From the IMG/VR virus record IMGVR_UViG_3300020438_000021, positions 1 to 64,000 of that record: a stretch of DNA of 64,000 bases; one strand, written 5' to 3'. Positions 18,588 through 25,319 of the stretch are shown here, piece after piece; positions within the stretch are counted from its first letter, which is position 1, and the number at the start of each line of letters is the position of its first letter. The notes under the pieces were generated by a model. The model was not told the DNA's origin. It worked only from the letters and a program-made list of their open reading frames with translations, and searched no databases. Made by a program: the position numbers and the translations under genes. This DNA is from a virus.

Positions 18588-19262
18588 TTATGATGTCGCT
18601 GCTGCATCAGAATAAAATCGCTTTTTGCACAAAGCACAAATCTCCCTTCCTTCAGGGTCTGAATCCCCTCTCATGAAATTAGAAGAACCACACTTGGCAC
18701 ACTCTTCCTTCGCATCTTTGACTTCGGGTTTCTTACTTCCCAATCTGCTCCTCATTCTCATAGCGTGTTCCAAAGGGTCGAGTTTCACAACATCGAACCA
18801 ACTCCCAACTCCCTCTTCAAACGAAGATTTGTTCGTCTGTTGTGCTTTTGCGGTTTGTATTGCTTTATCCAATACGAATTGCATCAAGTCAATTGCTTTG
18901 TCTCTAAGTCCGAATGTCCTAGAAAATCGTTTAGATAGCGGTTTTATTATCTGCGCAGGTATTTGGGCTTCCATATTATAATGTATCAGACCCGGAACTT
19001 GATGAGTTATCTGATTCAGATATTCTTCAACAGGCATTTGTCTCAAAGTCTGTATTTGGTCATTCAAACTAAATCTTCCTTGAGAACTCTTTTCCCATGC
19101 TTCAGCCGCTAGACCACTGCCTTTCAATCCTAGAATAAAATTATACAAGTCTTGAAAGGTTCTTATTGTTCCTATCTGCGTTTGGATTTCGCTAACCTTT
19201 TGTTGTACGGCTTGCGGTGGAAAATATGAATCCTCTTTCTTTAGAGTATCAGACCAACTCAT
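18588..19262 (-). CDS. doubly tagged protein (MSWSDTLK; internal SWFDVVK) with C-terminal Zn ribbon
   Basis: GGAGAGGTG RBS; CAKC...CALC. Confidence 0.75.
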   Translation of the reverse strand: MSWSDTLKKEDSYFPPQAVQQKVSEIQTQIGTIRTFQDLYNFILGLKGSGLAAEAWEKSSQGRFSLNDQIQTLRQMPVEEYLNQITHQVPGLIHYNMEAQIPAQIIKPLSKRFSRTFGLRDKAIDLMQFVLDKAIQTAKAQQTNKSSFEEGVGSWFDVVKLDPLEHAMRMRSRLGSKKPEVKDAKEECAKCGSSNFMRGDSDPEGREICALCKKRFYSDAAATS

Positions 19263-19323
19263 TTCCGATACACCTCTCCTTGATTGTATAGCAACTCGAA
19301 ATCAATACGAGTAGTGTAGTTCA

Positions 19324-19797
19324 TCAGTCGCATCTCCATAGTTCCTCGTCTGAGATTAACTCGAACTCGGACTCTAGCATGACATCCGACACATCGGCAT
19401 ACGATAATACTTCTGAATATCCAAGTGTCTGTATGAACTCTGTGAGCCGGACCAAATTGGTCTCTTCTATCGGTCTTAGTATTGCAATTTTAGGATAGTG
19501 AGCCAACCTGTCGTTCCTACGCTGAACCATTTCCTTCAGAATCCCACTCTTCCTGTGTTTCGGCTTGACGTAGTTGTTGCCTATGAAATACCAAGTTCCC
19601 ATATCAGCAAACGATGTGTGAGCCACTACTTCGTCTTCCACGAACTTCCCAATAACGAATAGTCTCTCACAGACATGCTCAGGATATCCCTTCTCCAAAG
19701 CAGTCAGGAATCCATCTCCCCAACGAGCCTGAATCTCACTCTCCCTCATGAAACCTGAAAACCACTCCCCCTTATCGTTGGCTTTAACAGGTAGCAA
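19324..19797 (-). CDS. GNAT family acetyltransferase
   Basis: NYVKPKHRKSGILKEM motif A and GY motif B; start uncertain. Confidence 0.7.
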   Translation of the reverse strand: MLPVKANDKGEWFSGFMRESEIQARWGDGFLTALEKGYPEHVCERLFVIGKFVEDEVVAHTSFADMGTWYFIGNNYVKPKHRKSGILKEMVQRRNDRLAHYPKIAILRPIEETNLVRLTEFIQTLGYSEVLSYADVSDVMLESEFELISDEELWRCD

Positions 19798-19898
19798 TAT
19801 GTTTATCCCCTTCTTTTTTCAAAAAATGGGCTGGAATTTTTTTGACACTAGCAAAAGTTTTTTCCTCCATTCCTTCCCATTCCCAAGATAAGACTTTA

Positions 19899-20120
19899 TC
19901 ATTCATCAGTTGTGTAGTCAGAAAGCGATGTTTGTCTGTATATCTTATTGTTAATCTCTCTAATTAACTCTGTAACGCCTGATTTTATTAAGTTCATTTT
20001 CTTGTGTAAATCCCTTGGCAGAGTACCTGCATTCTGTATATTGTTTATCTCTTTCACAATCTCTCTTTGTAATTTACCTGCTTTTTCCAGCATTTCCTTT
20101 AGGTGTTCTTCTTTGACCAT
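19899..20120 (-). CDS. small helical protein with C-terminal PIP-box-like QTSLSDY
   Basis: Start reassigned to ATG 20120. Confidence 0.6.
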   Translation of the reverse strand: MVKEEHLKEMLEKAGKLQREIVKEINNIQNAGTLPRDLHKKMNLIKSGVTELIREINNKIYRQTSLSDYTTDE

Positions 20121-20285
20121 GCAATCAATCGCATAACCCCTCAGTAAATGAATCTTAACTTCAGAGATTAAAAAACAACAGGAAAAAAATTTTGGCATAT
20201 GGTTGGATATTATTACTAAGGATGTAGAAATACCAATCCTTGCCAAGTATAAATACCCTCAATTCTAGAATACTTGTAAACTGCT

Positions 20286-20357
20286 ACCATATGGTAACAC
20301 GAACTTTCGTAAAGCGTAGCGGTGTTACCTCATTAACCGAGGAGTCAGGACAGTGAC
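20286..20357 (+). promoter_or_regulatory. structured promoter repeat, copy 1 (rightward)
   Basis: ACCATATGGT + stem GGTAACAC/GTGTTACC around ACTTTCGT + TCATTA. Confidence 0.6.
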
Positions 20358-20544
20358 AGTAGTTGCATGGATAAGGATTCATACCCGGCTCATTGCTTAG
20401 ACTAGTCCGGCTTCATCTAAGTCTAATTGCGCTGCTGCACATATTCGCATGTCGAACTTACTGTTTGTCCATCATCCCCAGTTGTTCCCTTAAGGGGTGG
20501 AGTGTGATTGAGCAGTTTTAATTCCTGCTCAGGAACTGTTATGT

Positions 20545-21282
20545 TCACTCTTCTTCCGAAGAGGCTTTGTCTCTTGCTTCTCTCAGCATCTCAATGACTG
20601 AGGGCTTGCATTCAGATGAGTGCTTTGACACTACATCAAACTTACAAGAGATAATTGGTTCTTCTGTTGGTTTATCGTATATCTCCGAGTAGAAGATGCT
20701 CTCAAAGATTGACTGTATCTTACCCATCATCGGTGTAGGTAAATCAACCAAGTGTTTCTCGATGACATCAGACTTCTGAACTCTGTCAGTAGACCACTCA
20801 GCAGTGAAAGTCAAGGTGCTAGAGTATGAATATGCCTTGAAAGACACATACAGTTTGACAACTGCTTCACCTACTTCGTTTTCTGATACGATATGGAACT
20901 TCTGACTGTAAGAGCCGAAGTGATACGGGACATCCAAGAAAAGAATTGTCTCACCACGCCACTGTGGGTCAACAACCTTAGAAGTGGTCTCCTGTGTGAG
21001 AGTAGGCTCATCGTTTACTTCAAGCCCTTGTGCTATTAGTTGGTTTATGACTGATTGAGCATCGCTTCGATAGTTGAATACTAACTCACCGTTATACATC
21101 ACGACAGTATACTTATCAACAGTGCTTTCAATAGTCTGAGGCTCATAGGATGGTATCTCAGTATCCCACTTATCCACATTGACTATGTTATGACGAGATA
21201 ACTCAAGGTTGAACAACTCCTTCTCACTGCTATCTAGCCCGAAAGGATATGATATCTCTACTGTTCTCTTGTGCAACTGCAT
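20545..21282 (-). CDS. hypothetical protein (accessory region)
   Basis: 245-aa ORF. Confidence 0.7.
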   Translation of the reverse strand: MQLHKRTVEISYPFGLDSSEKELFNLELSRHNIVNVDKWDTEIPSYEPQTIESTVDKYTVVMYNGELVFNYRSDAQSVINQLIAQGLEVNDEPTLTQETTSKVVDPQWRGETILFLDVPYHFGSYSQKFHIVSENEVGEAVVKLYVSFKAYSYSSTLTFTAEWSTDRVQKSDVIEKHLVDLPTPMMGKIQSIFESIFYSEIYDKPTEEPIISCKFDVVSKHSSECKPSVIEMLREARDKASSEEE

Positions 21283-21459
21283 TCAAATCAACTCCTGAAC
21301 ATTAGCAAGTCCTGCTTTGAGTTCTGCTATCGCTAGAGATAGGTCATCACCACGAACCTTGATGCTCTTGATGATGAGAACATGGTCAGAGCCTGATTTG
21401 GCATGACCAAGTTCTATTTCGTATGCTGGCGTTAGTATTGGCAGTTGTTGTGCTTCCAT
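21283..21459 (-). CDS. small hypothetical protein (MEAQQL...), probably leaderless
   Basis: ATG 21459 lies 22 nt after TCATAA. Confidence 0.65.
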   Translation of the reverse strand: MEAQQLPILTPAYEIELGHAKSGSDHVLIIKSIKVRGDDLSLAIAELKAGLANVQELI

Positions 21460-21533
21460 GACCCTACCAATCGTCATCGCCTTATGAGGTAAGGCCGTCT
21501 GCGACTCTACGAAAGTTTACCTTACCATATGGT
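21460..21533 (-). promoter_or_regulatory. structured promoter repeat, copy 2
   Basis: ACCATATGGT, stem GGTAAGG/CCTTACC, ACTTTCGT loop, TCATAAGGCGATG, 22 nt to ATG. Confidence 0.75.
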
Positions 21534-21553
21534 AGTCATACTTTGTCCCTCGG

Positions 21554-21589
21554 ACTACCTCAAAGACCGATAAATCGGTCTAAGGGTAG
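21554..21589 (-). terminator. 3' hairpin after gene 21614..22087
   Basis: AGACCGA-TTTA-TCGGTCT, extended by CTACC/GGTAG. Confidence 0.45.
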
Positions 21590-21613
21590 CGTAGAGGTGC
21601 AAGGACTACCTAA

Positions 21614-22087
21614 TCAGTTGTCCTCCTTGTGAGCAGATACAAACCCGCTCTCAAGTTTGCCCAATACTGTTGCATTGAGCATGTTTTCGTTGTTGCCCCA
21701 TGATGTCATAGGGTTGCCGTCTTCGTCTTTCCTTCCGGCGAAGGTTGTGTGATACTCATAAGCATCTTCCGCCATTGTGATAGTGGTGATGCCATCGTTC
21801 GTTGATACTGATATTAAACCAGCCCAAACTGCTTGCAGTTCTGCGGATAGCCTCTGAACACCCGATGCTCGGCTTCCGCCAGTGCGTCCTCTTAGTGGGC
21901 TGTCGTCAAAATCAGACAGAATATCCTTGATAGTCTTTGAATATCTGACTTGCTCCCTTGGGCTTTCTGTTCCCTTGATGATGAAGTTCTTTGCCATTCC
22001 AGCAGTGAACTCATCCACTTGGGCATTCTCTGAGTCGCAGTATGCGACTACTTTCTCGCTAAATTCATTCCAATTTTCCATTGCCAT
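21614..22087 (-). CDS. hypothetical acidic protein
   Basis: ORF track; GGAG RBS. Confidence 0.7.
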   Translation of the reverse strand: MAMENWNEFSEKVVAYCDSENAQVDEFTAGMAKNFIIKGTESPREQVRYSKTIKDILSDFDDSPLRGRTGGSRASGVQRLSAELQAVWAGLISVSTNDGITTITMAEDAYEYHTTFAGRKDEDGNPMTSWGNNENMLNATVLGKLESGFVSAHKEDN

Positions 22088-22130
22088 ATTTTTTCATCTC
22101 CGTTATAGTGTGTCGCACCTCTACGACTAC

Positions 22131-22193
22131 AACCATACACTAGTTCATCGCCTTATGAGGTAGCCTTTGACGAAAGTTTGACTACCATATGGT
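22131..22193 (-). promoter_or_regulatory. structured promoter repeat, copy 3
   Basis: ACCATATGGT, GGTAG/CTACC stem, ACTTTCGT, TCATAAGGCGATG. Confidence 0.75.
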
Positions 22194-22227
22194 GGGAACT
22201 TTGTGCAAGACACCCCAAGGGTAGAGA

Positions 22228-22249
22228 GGACAGCCCCGAAGGACTGCCC
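22228..22249 (-). terminator. cUUCGg tetraloop hairpin
   Basis: GGGCAGTCC-TTCG-GGGCTGTCC, with G-U pairs on the minus strand. Confidence 0.55.
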
Positions 22250-22339
22250 CCTCATTCAATTGACTCAATAATGAGAGGCTTCTTTCAAATCTGCCGTTCT
22301 TAACCTGCCCATTATACTCAAGAATTGAGCCTGTTGAGT

Positions 22340-22645
22340 TTAAAATTGTTGGAGTATTATTGAGTCTTCGCATTCAATCCAACTCGTATTATAATCTAAC
22401 CATTCTCTAACGTCATCATCAGTTAAGCCCTTAACGTCATATGCTTCTTTAATCTCGTTGAAGTCCTTGTATTCGCTGAAATCGCAACATATAGCGATAA
22501 CATCAAACTCAATTTCTTCACCTATGCCATCCTCTAACTCAATAAGATAATCATAAAGGCATTGAAGGCCGTTCCTGCTGAAGTTGTCGGGTCGTATTTT
22601 CATAAATCCATCAATAAAGTCATATTCGCTTACGTTCTGCTTCAT
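22340..22645 (-). CDS. acidic phage-type hypothetical protein (NFS.NGL..LYDYL...DVIAICCDFSEY)
   Basis: ATG 22 nt after TCATAA; family pattern recalled from marine phages. Confidence 0.75.
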   Translation of the reverse strand: MKQNVSEYDFIDGFMKIRPDNFSRNGLQCLYDYLIELEDGIGEEIEFDVIAICCDFSEYKDFNEIKEAYDVKGLTDDDVREWLDYNTSWIECEDSIILQQF

Positions 22646-22706
22646 GACCTTATGGTTTCACATCACCTTATGAGGTATGCTCACGAAAGTATGCCTACCA
22701 TATGGT
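22646..22706 (-). promoter_or_regulatory. structured promoter repeat, copy 4
   Basis: ACCATATGGT...ACTTTCGT...TCATAAGGTGATG, 22 nt to ATG. Confidence 0.75.
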
Positions 22707-22726
22707 GGGGGACTTTGTAAAGTGAA

Positions 22727-22751
22727 ACGGCACACCCCGAAGGGTGGCGTT
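22727..22751 (-). terminator. cUUCGg tetraloop hairpin directly after a stop codon
   Basis: CACCC-TTCG-GGGTG. Confidence 0.5.
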
Positions 22752-23024
22752 TTAATCTTCTAAGTCCTCGCCTTGACAGTCTAAGTCCTCAATATGCGAG
22801 TCAACGTCAACTGGTATCCATTTACCTGCACTGCATTTATCACAGGCGAAGTAGGCTTCAAACTCGTAGTTATCCACCTCGATGTATTCGCCTTTCATGG
22901 TGTCTTTTGGTATTCTGACTCTGACTCTAACATCCTCGACACTGGTAGATTCGTGTAAACACCCACTGTATCCATCAAGGTAGGCATGGTCAGCAGAAGT
23001 CATTCCATCGGGATAATTACTCAT
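22752..23024 (-). CDS. hypothetical protein (MSNYPDG...) with CxxC
   Basis: Start reassigned to ATG 23024. Confidence 0.65.
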   Translation of the reverse strand: MSNYPDGMTSADHAYLDGYSGCLHESTSVEDVRVRVRIPKDTMKGEYIEVDNYEFEAYFACDKCSAGKWIPVDVDSHIEDLDCQGEDLED

Positions 23025-23065
23025 TGTCCCACAACTCCCAAATGTATTCATCAGTTTCTACTCTC

Positions 23066-23244
23066 ATCTTAAGAATCAAGATTTTCACCTCTGACATCCA
23101 TTAAATACGCATCAGTTTCACATTTTGGGCATCCTTTCCCAAAACCATCTCCATCTTCAAACAACACCAAATCTTCTTCCTCTCCTTTCCACATACACAT
23201 ATTGCATCTGACTGTATCAATCTTAAGAGTCAAGGTTTTCACCT
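23066..23244. repeat. 25-bp direct repeat (23066-23090 and 23220-23244) flanking a Zn-ribbon gene
   Basis: atcttaagaAtcaagAttttcacct versus atcttaagaGtcaagGttttcacct, 23/25 identical. Confidence 0.8.
23069..23233 (-). CDS. small Zn-ribbon protein (CNMC...CPKC)
   Basis: TTG start behind GGTGA. Confidence 0.65.
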   Translation of the reverse strand: MTLKIDTVRCNMCMWKGEEEDLVLFEDGDGFGKGCPKCETDAYLMDVRGENLDS

Positions 23245-23348
23245 TCCCATCCACAGTCTTCACACCATGCACAATCAATAGTACCTAAATAAGCACCCGT
23301 AATTGTTACTACTTCCTCACATCCTTCACATTCCATATCGTATTCCAT
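23223..23348 (-). CDS. 41-aa Zn-ribbon micro-protein (CEGC...CEDC)
   Basis: Translated by hand; ATG abuts the upstream stop; GGAGG RBS. Confidence 0.55.
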   Translation of the reverse strand: MEYDMECEGCEEVVTITGAYLGTIDCAWCEDCGWEGENLDS

Positions 23349-23741
23349 TTATTCTTCCTCCTGTTGCATCGCTCTTTCAAACGCATCGAACTCTAACTGA
23401 TTCAATCTAACTAACCAGTTCTTGTATTCCGTGTTAAACTTCCTCTTGTCGTATGTTGAGACATTGCATGACCAATCGGCATCCTTCAATCTCTGACAGA
23501 ACTCAATAGTCATTATTTCGTAAAAGGCACTCATCTTGTATATCTCGTTAGCGAAGTTGCAGAGTAACATTCTACGTCTGAACTCTTCAGGAGTGATTTT
23601 TGCTCCTCCATATCTAACACTCATACTTCCAACACCTGCATTCTGTGCTAATAGACCGAATCCGAATCCATTAACCAACTGCATCTCACTTTCGCTGAAG
23701 CCTTTCTCTATTCCGTTCACTATTCCTACTATCAGTGGCAT
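23349..23741 (-). CDS. hypothetical protein (MPLIVG...), probably leaderless
   Basis: ATG 23741 lies 22 nt after TCATAA. Confidence 0.7.
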   Translation of the reverse strand: MPLIVGIVNGIEKGFSESEMQLVNGFGFGLLAQNAGVGSMSVRYGGAKITPEEFRRRMLLCNFANEIYKMSAFYEIMTIEFCQRLKDADWSCNVSTYDKRKFNTEYKNWLVRLNQLEFDAFERAMQQEEE

Positions 23742-23803
23742 GACCTTACACAAATCCATCACCTTATGAGGTTAGAGCGAGCAAAGTTGTCTAACCATAT
23801 GGT
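23742..23803 (-). promoter_or_regulatory. structured promoter repeat, copy 5
   Basis: ACCATATGGT, GGTTAGA/TCTAACC stem, TCATAAGGTGATG. Confidence 0.75.
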
Positions 23804-23870
23804 TGCATAATATTCTGAGTTTACGCACAACAGCAGTGCATTTAGGCAGGGTAGTGGGGTGGTGGACACT

Positions 23871-23898
23871 TTATAAGGCGATGAATTGGAATAGGGTT
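23871..23898 (+). promoter_or_regulatory. divergent promoter core TTATAAGGCGATG...GGTT
   Basis: Same core and 22-nt geometry as copies 2-5, but without the hairpin. Confidence 0.55.
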
Positions 23899-24039
23899 GC
23901 TCAGATTCAGTTGTGGGTTTCCATTGGCTGACTCTTATTTGTGCAGTAGTTTCTATAACCGCATTTAGTAGACATTCGCTAGTTGTCTTTATTTATACTT
24001 ACCAAAAACTACTGTTCGGAGAAAGGATGTAAATCACAT

Positions 24040-24400
24040 TCCCTATATGTATATTATATCATATATATCATATGGATATCTAATGACATATTTTCATATT
24101 GCATATCGTAGTGTAATTACAACAATTTCTATTATTCTCATATATTCTCGATATTCTCATTGAGTGAGAAAATTAAAATGTGGCTAAACAGTGTAGAATT
24201 AATGATTATAATTAATATTATCATATTATCATTATTATCATCATCTATACTACTACTACTATGTTACATACTCTACTCTCTCTCTCCTATGGAGAGCGTG
24301 ATAAAATTGATAAAATGATAAAAAGAGCGAAAAACGCAACACTGCTCTAAAGTTGTATTTTATCATCTACTGATAATTTATGATAATAAATGATAAAAGC
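24040..24400. other. candidate replication origin (AT-rich, iteron-like repeats)
   Basis: Non-coding and very AT-rich; TGATAA(A/T)A repeats and inverted TATTCTC/ATTATC repeats; located at the transcription divergence point. Confidence 0.6.
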
Positions 24401-24420
24401 ACAAACAGGTTGGAAATAAC

Positions 24421-24744
24421 ATGACAGAAGAAAAGAACAATTGGGGTGCGAAGACACCAAGCAAAACAGAAGATGCGATGACGGACTCTCAGCGAAAGAT
24501 TGCTGAAGTTTGTGATGAGATGAAGACTATGCTTCTTCAGAAGAACAGGCAGTATGGCGATTCAGTGTTGAATCCTAGTAGGTTCTTTTCTCATGCAGAC
24601 CAAGAAGAACAAATCAAAGTCAGAATCGATGACAAGTTGAACAGGCTTGTTCAAGGTAATGACTCACTAGAATCAGATGACGATATCATAATGGATTTGA
24701 TAGGTTATCTGACTCTACTACTTGTCTCTAGAAGAGATGAGTAA
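24421..24744 (+). CDS. nucleotide-modification-associated (DUF1599/Nmad1-like) all-alpha NTP pyrophosphohydrolase-like protein
   Basis: KNRQYGDS...RIDDKLNRL...DLIGY motif. Confidence 0.75.
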   Translation: MTEEKNNWGAKTPSKTEDAMTDSQRKIAEVCDEMKTMLLQKNRQYGDSVLNPSRFFSHADQEEQIKVRIDDKLNRLVQGNDSLESDDDIIMDLIGYLTLLLVSRRDE

Positions 24745-24747
24745 TCA

Positions 24748-25300
24748 CACTCCACAAACGTTCGTAGAACCAAGAGCATCTTAGCGGTTGCTCGGTGAAC
24801 GTGGAGACTTGGGGGTTTCCAAGTAATAAGAAGGAAAGATGACAGGGTCGTGACAGAAACGAAGAACATGGAGTCTAGCGACAATATCAGTATTCGTGGA
24901 AAACGAGTTCGTTCGATGAGGTTTGGTTAATTCCGAATCGTGGAACAATCGAATGGCTTTGCGCTATAAAAAATAAAGCAGGTTAATTCGGTCACATAAA
25001 TAACATTGGCAATGTGTTCTACCACAATGCAGTTCCCTACCCGTAGGTAATGGCACAGGACAGACTTTCTTCCCCCCTCTCAATTCAAACATCGGTTTAC
25101 TGCGGTAAAAAATGCAAATCAATAGCAGTGATGGAATCATCTCCTCCATGCATTTATCCGATATCACACTCGCAAGAGCAGAGTTTTACTACAAGATAAA
25201 AAAGACAGAAACGTGTATCGAAACACGCTGGAATTGTTCGGTGCTAATATCGCTAGTGGTGTAGGCTGTGGCGGTCTATGTCTTTCTCTGCTATTACATT
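24748..25300 (+). ncRNA. candidate large structured non-coding RNA
   Basis: About 550 nt without a credible ORF; many nested helices plus UNCG and GNRA tetraloops. Confidence 0.45.
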
Positions 25301-25319
25301 CAATTAACAATAGGAGGCA

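Noticed and set aside
513-19000. Plus-strand ORFs in the left arm (e.g. 1127-1483, 13934-14488), plus antisense ORFs over the replication and fibre genes
   Set aside because: These are Ser/Leu/Phe-rich antisense shadows of real genes, without RBS or motifs.
22182-22373. 63-aa minus-strand ORF from the track
   Set aside because: It overlaps a UUCG hairpin and a promoter element, and has no RBS; probably spurious.
21478-23803. Hammerhead ribozyme reading of the CTTATGAG...CGAAAG repeats
   Set aside because: The core is CUUAUGA, not CUGAUGA. GAAA lies inside the hairpin loop rather than after stem II, and there are no consistent stems I/III. The fixed 22-nt distance to ATG on the opposite strand fits a promoter better.
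20286-23803. CRISPR or mini-array
   Set aside because: The repeats are separated by whole genes (0.5-1.2 kb), not by constant-length spacers.
24748-25300. RNase P RNA, tRNA or group I/II intron
   Set aside because: Only a weak AGGAAAG match; no P4 partner, cloverleaf or intron end consensus, and the flanking genes are intact.
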